Assembly (NCBI RefSeq): GCF_018977255.1
Contig: NW_024704743.1
Span: 38,566,001-38,630,000, forward strand
Direction: 5' to 3'
Source of the DNA: Callorhinchus milii
Lineage: Eukaryota
Length of the DNA: 64,000 nucleotides
This document shows, in pieces, positions 47,671 through 59,704 of this stretch. The notes below the pieces were generated by a model. That model ran no database searches. It was not told the origin of the DNA and saw only the letters and a list, made by a program, of their open reading frames with translations. The position numbers and the translations under genes are program-made. Each line of letters begins with the position of its first letter. Position 1 is the first letter of the stretch.

Positions 47671-47772
47671 CCCGGGGTCTGTGCCCGGGGTCTGTGCCCG
47701 GGGTCTGTGCCCGGGGTCTGTGCCCGGGGTCTGTGCCCGGGGTCTGTGCCCGGGGTCTGTGCCCGGGGTCTG
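47671..47772 (+). repeat. 13-bp minisatellite CCCGGGGTCTGTG, 7 perfect copies plus an 11-nt partial copy
   Basis: Direct reading. Confidence 0.95.
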
Positions 47773-47847
47773 GAGTGTGGTGCCCCCCCCCCCCCCCCCG
47801 CCTGGAGTCTGGGAGGCTGTGGGATGGGGTAGTATGAAGCCCGGAGG

Positions 47848-47884
47848 ATGGGAGCGAACAATGGGAAACAGTGCGGCAGTGATG
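47848..47884 (+). CDS. FBXL7: F-box/LRR-repeat protein 7, first coding exon (37 nt, phase-1 donor)
   Basis: ATG GGA GCG AAC AAT GGG AAA CAG TGC GGC AGT GAT G|GTGAGT = MGANNGKQCGSD(G), versus human FBXL7 MGANNGKQYGSE(G) as recalled (10/12 identical); strong Kozak context AGGATGG; consensus donor. Confidence 0.92.
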
Positions 47885-47913
47885 GTGAGTGAGTGTCACA
47901 CAACCAACTCCAG

Positions 47914-48683
47914 CACTCACACTCACTCACTCACTCACACTCACACTCACACACACTCACACTCACTCACTCACTCACTCACTCACTCACTCACTCACTC
48001 ACTCACTCACTCACTCACTCACACTCACTCACTCACTCACTCACTCTCACACACACACACTCACACTCACTCACATTCACTCACTCACTCACACACACTC
48101 ACTCACACTCACTCACTCACTCACACACTCACTCACTCACTCACTCACGCACACTCACACACTCACTCACTCACACTCACACACACTCACTCTCACACAT
48201 ACTCACACTCACTCACTCACACACACTCACTCACTCTCACACTCACTCACTCACACTCACACATACTCACACTCACACTCACACACACTCACACACACTC
48301 ACACTCACTCTCACACTCACTCACTCACACACTCACTCACACACACTCACTCACTCACTCTCACACTCACTCACTCACACACACTCACTCTCACTCTCAC
48401 ACTCACTCTCACACTCACTCACTCACTCACTCACTCACTCACTCACTCACTCACACACTCACTCACTCACTCACTCACTCACACACACACTCACTCACTC
48501 ACTCTCACACTCACTCACTCACTCACACTCACTCTCACACTCACTCACTCTCACACTCACTCACTCACACACACTCACTCACACATACTCACACACACTC
48601 ACACACTCTCACTCACACACACACTCACTCACACACACTCACACATACTCACATACTCACACACACCACACACACACACTCAC
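47914..48683. repeat. About 770 bp imperfect (TCAC/AC)n array
   Basis: Direct reading. Confidence 0.95.
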
Positions 48684-48833
48684 ATATATAATGCAATGTA
48701 ATATATAAATATCCATAGAAAACCTTACAATCGCAAAAGCCCTGATTGCTGGAGGTATTTTACGAATGAGAGAGAGAGAGAGAGACAGAGAGAAAATAAA
48801 GTTACTGGAGATAGACCGAAGCACATCCTTTGC

Positions 48834-49170
48834 AGTGAGTGTGAGTGAGTGTGAGTGAGTGAGTGGGTGAGTGAGTGAGTGAATGGGTGGGTGAGTGTGA
48901 GTGAGTGAGTGAGTGAGTGAGTGAGAGTGAGTGGGTGAGTGTGAGTGAGTGAGTGAGTGGGTGGGTGAGTGAGTGAGTGAGTGTGAGTGGGTGAGTGAGT
49001 GAGTGTGAGTGAGTGAGTGAGTGTGAGTGAGTGAGTGAGTGAGTGTGAGTGAGTGAGTGAGTGAGTGTGAGTGAGTGAGTGAGTGAGTGAGTGAGTGAGT
49101 GAGTGTGAGTGAGTGAGTGAGTGAGTGAGTGAGTGAGTGAGTGAGTGAGTGAGTGAGTGAGTGAGTGAGT
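48834..49170. repeat. About 335 bp (GTGA)n array, reverse complement of the preceding array
   Basis: Direct reading. Confidence 0.95.
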
Positions 49171-49354
49171 TGCCTGCAGTCGTGTCGGGGTGTGTGTTAA
49201 GGACAACACTGGTATGTACAGCTGCTCTGCTCCAGCACCTTGTGCTCAAGGCTCCCTTTCGGCACTGTATTTTGGGGGTCCGGGAAGTAAACCCCAGACC
49301 CCCAGCAAAAAAAAAGCGATCTGAATGAACTGCGTGGGAAGAAGCAAAGTTTAA

Positions 49355-49430
49355 CTGTGTGTGTGGGTGTGTGTGTGTGTGGAGGTGTGTGTGTGTGTGT
49401 GTGGGGGGGGGGGGGGGGTGGGGGGTGGGG
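49355..49430. repeat. (GT)n followed by a G-tract
   Basis: Direct reading. Confidence 0.85.
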
Positions 49431-50329
49431 TGATCAGTGGGAGTGGGTGCAGGGCAACAGGGGTTCAGGACAGTGAGGGGTTGAGTGGGTTTCACCCCCT
49501 TCCACCAGACATGTTACAGCACTGCTGAGAGAGAAGCAGAAGCCAAGCCATCGGTGGCTGATGTGGTCTCCACAACCGCATTGTTACTGTGTGTGACTGG
49601 CACAGACCCCCTCCTCTCTCTCTGTCTCTTCTCTCTCTCGGTGCAATGCTTTAACAGCAATCAAACAATTCAGGAAAGTTTCCCTAAAAAAAAATGCTAC
49701 ATTTCCCCCCCCCCCCTCCCACACACAAAAAACACACACACACACACACACCCCTGAGGTGTCAAAAGCTGTAGATGTCTGTCTATCCTGAGTCAGACAC
49801 CTGGTTTCAGTTGTTGCTGTGACACAGTGTTGAGAAGGTTTGACCCAAACGATCCAGTTTCTGTGGCTTCTTTTTTTCCAGTAGAATTGTAAATGCACAT
49901 TTGTTTTTCAGATTTCAGACTTGCAGTGTGGGGTATATTATGGCACACGTCATGTACTGAATATTTAGGACGTGCAGCATTGAAAGCTTGGCCTTGACAT
50001 TTAAAGCTGCACTGGCTCATAGTTGCCACAGAATCAGATTTGAGGAGCAGAAAGAAATAAGAGGGCACACATTTAATTTCACACACACACACTTAAGGTA
50101 ATCGATTTTGAAGGCACTAGATTCAGGGATCGCACTGCTTTTTTTCCACATAATCCTATGCATGCAGACTGCAGCGAGCAGTTTCTTGCTCCGGGTTCCT
50201 CATATGGAGAGTTCTTTGATTGTATCTGCGCTGGTGGACAACACACTGAGCAGAGACGAGTGACGCCTGAGGCTTTTAGCACCTGCGAATGCCTGGACCA
50301 AGCTTTGCCCGCCCGTCACCGCTGTCATT

Positions 50330-50955
50330 ACGATGCTTAAGAGTATCCAAACCAAACTGAGAGTTCCATGTATCCCACCTACACAGGGAAATCCCAGAGG
50401 TAGATTGATAGAATGGAATGTGCACTCTCTCCCTGGAGGGATGTATCCTGCTTATAATAATAATAATACTTGCATGTCATATAGCGCCTTATTACCTCTT
50501 CGAGAATTCTCAAAGCGCTTCACAGAATATACTGTAAAGTTAATTGACTGTTTATTTTGTGGGCTTACCTAATTCCGGAAAGTATTAGGTGCAGGTTGGC
50601 AAGATCCAAGGCTTCGAGCCCCCCAAAGTGTGCGTTGGGGTAACTGCTGAAGTTAAACCAGCTAAAACCGCATAGCTTGCCATTGATAGTACTGTCTGTC
50701 TGGTGAGCTTTCCCGCTAGTAATAATAATAATAATAATACCACACTACCCGTTAGGGATTTGGCTTGCAGGGTTAATGGGAGTTGAATGGGAAGAGCCCC
50801 TGCCCCCAGTGACTGGTCTGTCCTTTCAGGTCCTGCCAATGAGCCTGGAATACTGCGGACCTGCCTGGCTCAGGAACTGGACTACCACAGAGGGTGGGTT
50901 CGATTTTAACAAACATGTCACCTTAGAAATAAAATCAGCTCCAAGGAGACCACGG
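50330..50955 (-). mobile_element. RTE-X-like 3' UTR copy with a SINE-tail insertion (50457-50562)
   Basis: CTTAAGAGTATCCAAACC..GGAAATCCC..TTGCAGGGTTAA..TGAATGGGAAGA..GGCTCAGGAACTGGACTACC; GCTTA flanks the insert on both sides. Confidence 0.7.
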
Positions 50956-51039
50956 GAGGTAACGCAGCACAATCTGGGTGTGAAGCCCCTCTGTTGCAGA
51001 TGTAGTCTCATTCGGAAAGTCCTCTGCTTACAACACCGC

Positions 51040-51367
51040 ATCCTGCCCTTCACTTCTCCTTTATTACAATAGCAGCTACATTTGGAACTCATGACAGGTC
51101 TTGATATCAAATTCTTGCCAAAGCTCTGGGTGGGGGTGGGGTGGGGGGTGGGGGTTGCTTTCAGATAGGACTCAGGAGAACGAACACTTGCTAGTTTCCC
51201 CCATCCTAACGTAAGGTCAACTAAGGCCAATTGTTGTGTCCACATGTTTCTTGTCTAAGTCCGGCTAACTCGGTACATATGGAGATTTAAATCTGCAACA
51301 TTCCTGTTCATATGGTGCAGTGCTCACTGGGTGGCGGTACATTTATCTACTAGGCTACGGGGGGAAC
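51040..51367 (-). mobile_element. LF-SINE-like element
   Basis: AGGCCAATTG..GCTAACTCGGTACA..TTCCTGTTCATATGG..CATTTATCTACT. Confidence 0.6.
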
Positions 51368-51491
51368 GGCACCCCGTTTTTTGTGAAACAATTTCCCTCC
51401 AGTTTTTCCAAAATAGGAAGGCTTTATCCAATTGCTGCATAGATTTTAGGAGAAAAATCTACATTAAAAGGAATTAAAGGAATTTTGTGCC

Positions 51492-51648
51492 AGGTGTTAG
51501 CCTGTCTATCTCGCCACTGAATCAGAAGGCTGTGGTTTCAAGCCTCACGTCGGGCCTTTGAACTCACAGTTTGGGTTGACACGCCAGTTCAGTGCTGGGG
51601 GAGAGTTGGGATGTTGGCGGTGTCGTCTTTCAGATATGACATTAACTA
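51492..51648 (+). mobile_element. Deu-type SINE head
   Basis: TCTCGCCACTGAATCAGAAGGCTGTGGTTTCAAGCC..GTCGTCTTTCAGAT. Confidence 0.75.
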
Positions 51649-52194
51649 GTTGTGATTACATTTAAAAAAATATTTTCAGGGAATATGAATTAGAAAATTA
51701 TTTTTTTAAAAAAAGTTGCCTTTTAAAGTTGAAAGGGCATGTCAATGTGTTTCTGATTCTCTGCCTGACAGGAATTTGTTTAAATATGAATCTACAACAA
51801 AAATGAAGACAGAGAGATTATATTTGCAGTTCAGTGCTTGGTACTGTAATCTCTCTAATTACAGCCTACTCCATATCGTGGTAACTCTACTTTCAAGTAC
51901 TATAATATTGCTCCCAACTAATTCTTGGAGAAAACATATTTGAATGTTGAATATCATGAATTTGATATTCAGTGGTTACCAGTAAGGAATAATAGGACTG
52001 CTAGTTGGTTTAAAGATCAACACCAGTTATTATGTTTTCAACATGATGTACATTGTTTGAAAGTGTTAATCTGATTGAAATTTTCTGGGTACTTTAAACA
52101 GGGTGACACTAGAATGACAGAATTTGAGCATCACCTTTTATTTCCCCAGTCTGCTCTTCTGATAAAGGTTGTAATGTTTGGTAGATATAGTTAT

Positions 52195-52601
52195 ACAGAT
52201 GTCACCAGATCTCTTCCAGTTTGACTAAGTGGCCATTCTTCATGCGTTCAGTCAGTGAATGTGGGCAAGCAATTCTATTACAGAGGTGGCATGGCCATGT
52301 CCTTACTTTACATCCATATGTACTTTTTCCAGTGGTGGGTCATTGGATAACAGTCAAAAACAGGAATCCTGGCTGAATTTCTCTCTTCCCAACTTAGGGA
52401 TCATGAAGCCAATTGCGATTTTGCTCCCCCTCATACTCTGCATGAGATCTACTAACTATAATAATCCTTGCATTTGATGGAGCGCCTTATCAAATCATTG
52501 AAACGTCTCAAAGCGCTTCATGGGATTTACTGTAAAGTATCGCGACTGTATATTTATTAGGTAAACTCAACACAGACCAAGGATTAAACTTGGAAGCCTC
52601 C

Positions 52602-52633
<32 letters not shown>

Positions 52634-52732
52634 CCTTGCATTTGATATAGTGCTTTTCACGTCTTCTAGACATCTCAAAGAGCTTCACAGAATATGCTGT
52701 AAAGTGAATTGACTGTATATTTGTGGGCGAAA
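52195..52732 (-). mobile_element. LF-SINE-like element (52195-52600) with SINE tails inserted (52460-52560) and adjacent (52603-52732)
   Basis: AAGTGGCCATTCTTCATG..GGTCATTGGATA..GGAATCCTGGCTGA..GAGATCTACTAACT|AACTCAACACAGACC. Confidence 0.75.
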
Positions 52733-55189
52733 CGTGTCCTTGAGTGTCCAGCTCATTGTCCACAGTACATTTCCTCACCTAGCTATCAAGGGAGTTTTAA
52801 TTATCATCCTTGTGCAATGGCTCATAAAAACGACATAACATGTTTAAAACTGTATGTTGTAACTGTTGAACCTTGGAACATTTACATGAAGAGGCCTACT
52901 GTTAGAAAACAGAGTTCAGCCAGGATTGTTACTGCTTCCTATCCATCCGCCATCCAATAAAACCTTTACAGAAATGGAACTCATGGTTCTATCAGTACAG
53001 TTTTTCCACTGTTCATCTTATGTTTTTCCTATTGTAATCTGTGATCTCTTTCAATTAAATTTTATATTTGAGTTGGGGTCTACCAAGGGGAGAATTGGAA
53101 CATTTCCTCCACTTTTTACACCCAGTTTCAATATAAAGCACACAGGTCAGGAGCAGTACAGATTATATGTAGGACAAAGCTCCCTCTATTTTACCCCAAT
53201 AAACATTTCCTTTCCAGTGCCAGAAGAATATCCTTCCTGGAGCAGTGTGACATTTTCCATTTTGCAAACCAGATATCTTTATGGCTCCTCAGTGTGAGTA
53301 TGGTAGATGGCTTAGTGTAGAACTATAGACAGTTTTATGTCCATAGTTATGTTACGCCTACTAGAAACTGGATCAGGACTCTCCAAACTCATTTTGCTTA
53401 GCACTGCACTTTTTCAGCCAGCAGATCTGGCTCAAGCTCATGTCTCATAGATGAAAGAATAACTTATTACACTAACCGACTGTGCAGTTTACCTCTCATC
53501 AATATACCTGAAGACAGACTGTTGCCGTTAGGACCCTTTTAAAACAGCAAGTGGTTTGAAAGAATCAAGGTAAATCACAATGTCCATTTTAAAATTATTT
53601 CAGCTTTTTAAAAATTATTTTTGGACTTCTGGTGATGTTATTGGGTTCTGACTTAAAGGAGTTACAAAGCCTAATTGAATGAGGGAACTATGATATCATA
53701 CAATACAATATACATTTACACAGCACCTTTCACATTGGGAGGCTGTCTCAAAGCATTTGGCTTTATGACATGTACACAACAGAAACACATTAATGACAGT
53801 ACTCACTGATATTAATTAATCAGTTATCTCACACTTGGGATTAGTAATTTGTTCAAATCAGTATCGCTGATGATGTTGCCAGGCCTCAGTTTCTAACTAA
53901 TAACGTTTAAAAAAATCAACCAAACTAAATGGCTAAAAATTCTTCAATATTCAATATTAACAGGAATCTTCACAGTGGTATAAATGTTAAAAAGAGGTCC
54001 TGATGGTGCAGCCTCATCTTCATATTCTTTTTATAGCCGCAGACAAAGATAATGCAAAGTCAAGACTAGTTCTGTAGGCAAGTGTCTTTGGAAATATAGT
54101 CTATGGTATAACTTGTGGTATTTATTTATGGAACCCCACTGTAATATGTTGGAGTAAGAGGCAGATATTGTTTGAAGTAGTTTGTCTTTTATGGAATTGG
54201 AGAAAAAAGGAATACACAATGAACAAAAGCCTCACTGTATCTCCCTAATAGGGGAGCATTTGTATCCTTTCAAGTGTCCTTGTTTTGTTTGCTTTACATA
54301 ATATATTGTTGTTCTGTTCCTCGTACTCGAGGATGATGGTGCCAACAATGAAGAGAACATGAGTTTATGGTAGGTGAATAGGTTGATGACTATGCAGGCT
54401 AATATGTGTCAGATATTATCTACCTCAGGCCACACATGACCACGTTCCTGGTGAGGACGGTCTCCTGTTGTTTCCTCTGACATTGCCAATCCTTCTGTCT
54501 CTTGAGCCTTTCCGTCACACTGACACAACAATGTTTTTCAAAACCCTTCACTCGTTTTCTCACTTCAACAAACCACTGCTGTCTGTCAATGGTTTAGCTC
54601 CGACTATACATATATTAGCAAAGAATATAATACCCACTAAGAAATATTGCAAACTCTAAATCCCATTAGATTAGAGTATAGTTCCTGCAGGTCACACAAT
54701 ACATTTCTGGTTGGCAGAAGGAGTTCCAAAGTTCCAAATTTGCATGGCTCGGATTCCAAAGCCCCTTTTTTGCAAAAAAATAAAAAGTTTAATTGGACTA
54801 TAACCACTGTTACTTTACTCAGTGATTTCCGTACCTTTGAGCAGCTTTAATATCAGTGTTTGTTTGCAGTTTTTAGTTTTGCGATAAGGATGTTTTATAA
54901 GCTGATGGCTGAACATGTCAGTCTGGAAAACAAAAAAAATTGTTCTTCAAACGTTTGTTACTCAAACGTTCCATTGTATCTTATACCTGTAAAATCGTGT
55001 GTCTACAAGTCTGGAATAGTTGCAGGTGGACACATCATTCTAACTTCGTATCTGTTCCTGCACTGAGACTTTGGGGGAGATACTAGCATTCTGCTCCAGT
55101 ATTGAAGGCTCTGGCATACGACATGGCTAGATGATGGGTGGTACACTCTACCTACTAGTGTACTAGTGATAAGAAAACTATAAAAATTC

Positions 55190-55480
55190 AACCAATAATA
55201 ATAATAATCTTTGAAATCAGTATAATGGCTTTCAGGTTGGGAGAACATCTCAGGTTGTTCCACAGGTTTCACCAACGCCTTGGGAGGTCCTCCCAATGTT
55301 AAAGACACCATATAGATGTCAATTTGTATTGTATTGTACTGTTAAATGTCGTGTCTAGGTATTTTGAAAGTGAACATGGCATCACATTTAGGCACAGCAG
55401 TGTCCCACAAACCAGCATGAAGTGAATATCCAATTTGATCTGTAGGATTGTTAGCCAGGACACCAGGAAAAACTCCATTG
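55190..55480 (-). mobile_element. Deu-type SINE 3' half with an inserted + strand L2 tail (55270-55340)
   Basis: GCCTTGGGAGGTCCTCCCAATGT..(ATTGT)n lies inside SINE sequence. Confidence 0.65.
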
Positions 55481-57934
55481 ACTCCAAAATTTTGCTTCAT
55501 TAAATGCCCACGTTCTCCCAGGAAGACACTTTATATCTGCTAATCCTACAAGCACCACCACCTTCATGAGGCAGATTAGTATTGGAAGAGCTTCCTTCCC
55601 TTCTAATGCTACAATGTCATCCCCCTCCTGGAACAAACACCTCGACTTTGTGAAACCCCGCAGGATCAGTTGCCCTCCTTCAATGGAATTTCTCAAAATG
55701 GGTCAAGTGTCAAGGGAGCAAGTGTTACATATTCCAGCCAATAGCAGGATAGTGCCTTCACCTTCGACAGCCCATAACTAGTCTTCTGTATTCTTCACCT
55801 GAAACAGAGCTTATGAAATGAAGTGATCAATCATACCCTAGAATTGGATTACAAAACAAATCAGAAACAGAAGATATCTTTCCCCAGCACAATTTGGACT
55901 TTTACTTTTAAGTCATCTACCTCACATTCTTAACTTAAATCAAAGAGGTCTGTGGATTGGTATTGAAATGGGCACATGGGCAAACATTAATGTAACTTGA
56001 CTGTTGCAGAGTGATATGTTGAAATTTTCCACTACTTTCGATCATTTGTATCCTTTACATTTATGAAACGATTTAGCTTTTAATTTTAATAAATTCATGT
56101 AGCAATGTGTTAGAGAAGCAGGAGTAAGTGACTGTAGTCTTAAAAGTGATTTATTTCTTCTTTTGCACATGGTGACTCTTTATTACGTTCCTATGTGTTG
56201 ATGGTGAATTCAACTTGTCACAATGGGAGAAGTGAAAGCTTAATGTTTGGAAGTAGTCGACTGCACCTGAGAGCATAGATTGCTCAAAAGGCATCCTGCT
56301 ACGTTTTTCGTTGATATGTGGTTGCACAATAAAAGTTTCTAACATCTTACAATTTTTAACTCGAACTTCTTCATTAGGAGTTTGGAGGGGGGAAGGGGAA
56401 GGATTTTCTTTTGTTCTTCACTATGTGGATTCCATGGCATAGAGCCCACTGAATGAAGCATGACACAAAGGAGAAAATAGTCTGTTTCTTGCTTCGTGTC
56501 TTTGACTGAGCATGTCTGAGATATCATAAAATAGCTGTGGAGAGAGCTGTTTGATGTTGCTGGCAGCAAAAATGCATAAGCTACTCTCTCTGTGCCAGTT
56601 GCTAATGCTCAATAGGTACTTGAAATGTCTTTAGAAAAATGTATTCGAATTGCTTTTGATTTTATGATTTACTGACCCTCTTAATGTAACTCTATGATAA
56701 TCCCAGAATTTCCCACCACACAACCATCAGCATTGAAAAATGCACGAATATACTGTCATTCTATTGTTTTGTCACTGTTCCTCTTCTGAAATTTAGACCC
56801 CAATACTTGTTATATCAAACTAAAATCTCTTAGAGGACATAATTCTCTTTTTTTGTTCCTGCACAGCAATTAATAGCTATTTATAAATATATTTTGCTGT
56901 TTTGGTTTAAATGGAGCTACAGAGCTAAGTATTAAAACACCTGCATACTCTATGGGCAAGAGTTGTAGTTTTTGGAGCTGGGACAACCCATAAGTTCAAC
57001 AGCCAATCTTCGTTCAATCAAGTTTCAGGATGGTAGTTAGTCACATCTGGATGGAGGTGCGAGCGACTGACAGAACATATTAAGGAGCATTAAAGCAACT
57101 CCCATGATCCCATCGAAGACCGCATACGTAACTGGTGTACATTATGTTTAACTAGAAAATAGACTTTATTCTGTGTAATTCAAAACCTCTTATGTCCTAC
57201 CATTCCAAAACATGAAGGGGCTAAATAAAGCTCATATTGAATGTATATAGTGTAATTTCCTCCTCAGGGTACTGTTATATTTTATTTTAAACACTTTTAA
57301 GTAGTCATTTTTTGCTTGTCAGTAAATGTAAGAAAACTAGCACATGCCATTATAAGTCCATTATAAGTGCACACTGCCAAATTTAGTAATTTCACCCTTT
57401 TTATTTTATATTTAGGGAATTGATCCCCTAATATAACTATAAATAGAGAGGTTCCACCTGTCCCACCTGAGCTCCTGTATAGAGAGGTCCTGCCTTTCTT
57501 TGCACTACTTCCAAGCTAGATTAAGCAATTGATGTAAAACTGAACCAATTATGTCTCTCACAAACTGCCTGGCGAGTGGGGTCAGTGTGCTAAGTGGTGG
57601 AACACACAATTCTGGTCTAGAAACAAAGGGATAAGGAGGATGTCATCAAACCTATCACTTACAGTTCCACCAGATTCAACAGTTTATTAGATCTCGGAAA
57701 ATCTTTTAATACTACTTCCCCACCATTTCTCTACACCCCTTCAGGACTTTTATTTCCCACATACCGAACTCTCTTTTTAAACTCCAGAATTATTCTGCCT
57801 CTCATGCCTTCTGGAATAGACATATGCATGACATATTTTCCCAATGTATAAAGAAATGTTTGCCGTTCTGGCCACATTCAAAATTATGACCCTTTGGCAG
57901 AGCCCAATTAGAATTATAAAATATTCATTCATCA

Positions 57935-58360
57935 TAGTAATAATAATTCTCGCATTTGATATAGTGCCGTAACACATCGTTGAGATTTCTCAAAGTGCTT
58001 CACAGAATATATTTTGTAGGCGCAACAGGGGAACCAATTGCCGCATTTAACTAATATTTTATATTTTAATATTACTATTTACTATTTAATATTTGATATT
58101 CAATATTTGATATTTAATATTGACATTTAACTAGTCATTCAAAGAGAGGAGCTCATCAAGTGTTTCATATCTTGTATATTTTATATTATATATTATATAT
58201 ATTTTATATATTATAGTATATTATATATATTTTGCACGAAACCCTCCTACAAAATACACAATCACTACACACATTTACAGTAAAATAAAATCCTGGGAAG
58301 TGCTTTGAGATGCCATCTTGGCATGAATGGCGCAATACCAAATGCAAGGATTATTATTAA
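57935..58360. mobile_element. Opposed SINE tails flanking AT-rich low-complexity DNA (58050-58230)
   Basis: Tail motifs on both strands. Confidence 0.65.
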
Positions 58361-58769
58361 AAATAAAATGTAATCTTGGTTAAAATGATTTAAAATACAC
58401 TAATAGAAAATGATGTGTTTCTTTGTATATTTGATCGTTGAAAATACTTCTGTATTTTGGTTGTAAGATGGCCACTAACATTTGAACATTCAACAAACTG
58501 TTGTTAGACACTGGGGTCTAAATGGCAGTATTTCTAATGGGATTCCTTGATAAAGAACCTGATTGGGAGTCCTTCTGGTAGCCCAGAATTACAATACAAT
58601 CTAGTACAATTTATATTTATGCAGTGACTTTCACATCAGGAAGATGCCTCAAAGCGTTTAAAATATACATGACAGCTCCGTTGGGAGCTTACATCACGCA
58701 GGAGTTGATTTCCCATGTAACCTGCACTTAGGCCACCACTAGTTGCCAAGTTTTCAGCAGCTAAACTTT

Positions 58770-58978
58770 AACCTCTGGAAATCCCTCCCTCGACTCCTCT
58801 GTCTCACCTCCTTTCTATCTGCCTTTAAAATCCACCTAAAAACCTACTTCTTTGTCCGTGCCAATGATCACCTCGTTCCTCCCACTTACCCCTCTTGCTG
58901 GCTGTCCAGCCCTATATTGGTGAATCGGGCTGAGACATAGTCCGATGTGGAGGGCAACATAAAAATGCGAGTTGTTTC
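58770..58978 (+). mobile_element. L2 3' end
   Basis: LWKSLPRLLCLTSFLSAFKIHLKTYFF. Confidence 0.75.
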
Positions 58979-59704
58979 AACGGTGTAACGTTTTCACTTT
59001 CCTTACTGAGAAATCTTGTTGGAAACAGTAGCATATTACTCTGCAGTATAAACGTATTTAGCTATAATGCATGGAAATAAGAACCAAATGAAGCATTATC
59101 AACAAATGTTTTGCTTTGGTTTCATACTGGATCCCAAAGTCGCACTGTTATAGTGTAAGGCATGTTTTACACAGAATGTCTATGAAGCAAACAAATTACA
59201 TTAGTGTAGGAAATATACTTTGTATGGACTCTTCTTAAGCGCAGGTATTCGAAAGTTTACATGGTTTGAGGAGCAGGCTGAGTTAGTATCAGTGACTGCT
59301 CCTTTTGAGATCAACATACGCTTGCATTTAGCAAAATGCATTGCAATAATAATATTAAATGGATAAATGGCATTGTGTACGGTTAGTTCAGAATTTCAAA
59401 CCATAACAAGAGAGTATTGTTCAGAGTTTTATTTTTCTTGGTCAGTAAATAACAGAGGCAATGACATGGACACTGGAGTCAGTCTTTATTCCTACCCAAT
59501 ATTGAGGGTGTGATCTATGATATCTTTAGTTCTCAATCTGTTTAAGATTGGGGAATTTAAGGCACATTACAGGGATGAAAATACAAGCTGCACTTGGGAA
59601 TTGGGAACAGGATTTACCTGGATGGGCAAAAGGAAATAGCATTATAAAGTAGGAGATCAGGTAAGAACTGAAATAAAGTACCTGGCAGTTCCAGGACACT
59701 TCAA

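Larger units (their letters stand above)
46720..47847 (+). promoter_or_regulatory. FBXL7: GC/CpG-rich promoter and 5' UTR region of FBXL7
   Basis: Sharp rise in GC and retained CpGs, G/C tracts and a GA-rich tract, directly upstream of the FBXL7 ATG; the TSS cannot be determined from sequence. Confidence 0.7.

Noticed and set aside
47671..47772. CRISPR-like array
   Set aside because: Head-to-tail 13-mers with no spacers, in vertebrate DNA
47861..47884. MGNSAAVM as the true start of the gene
   Set aside because: The frame starting at 47848 matches FBXL7; this one matches no protein I recognise
48824..48846. Recursive splice site before the GTGA array
   Set aside because: Reads TTTGCAGTGAGT, not AG|GT, and the pyrimidine tract is weak
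47681..49495. Long His/Ser/Leu/Thr-rich ORFs (256-336 aa)
   Set aside because: Translations of the TCAC/GTGA microsatellites; open in several frames and located past the splice donor
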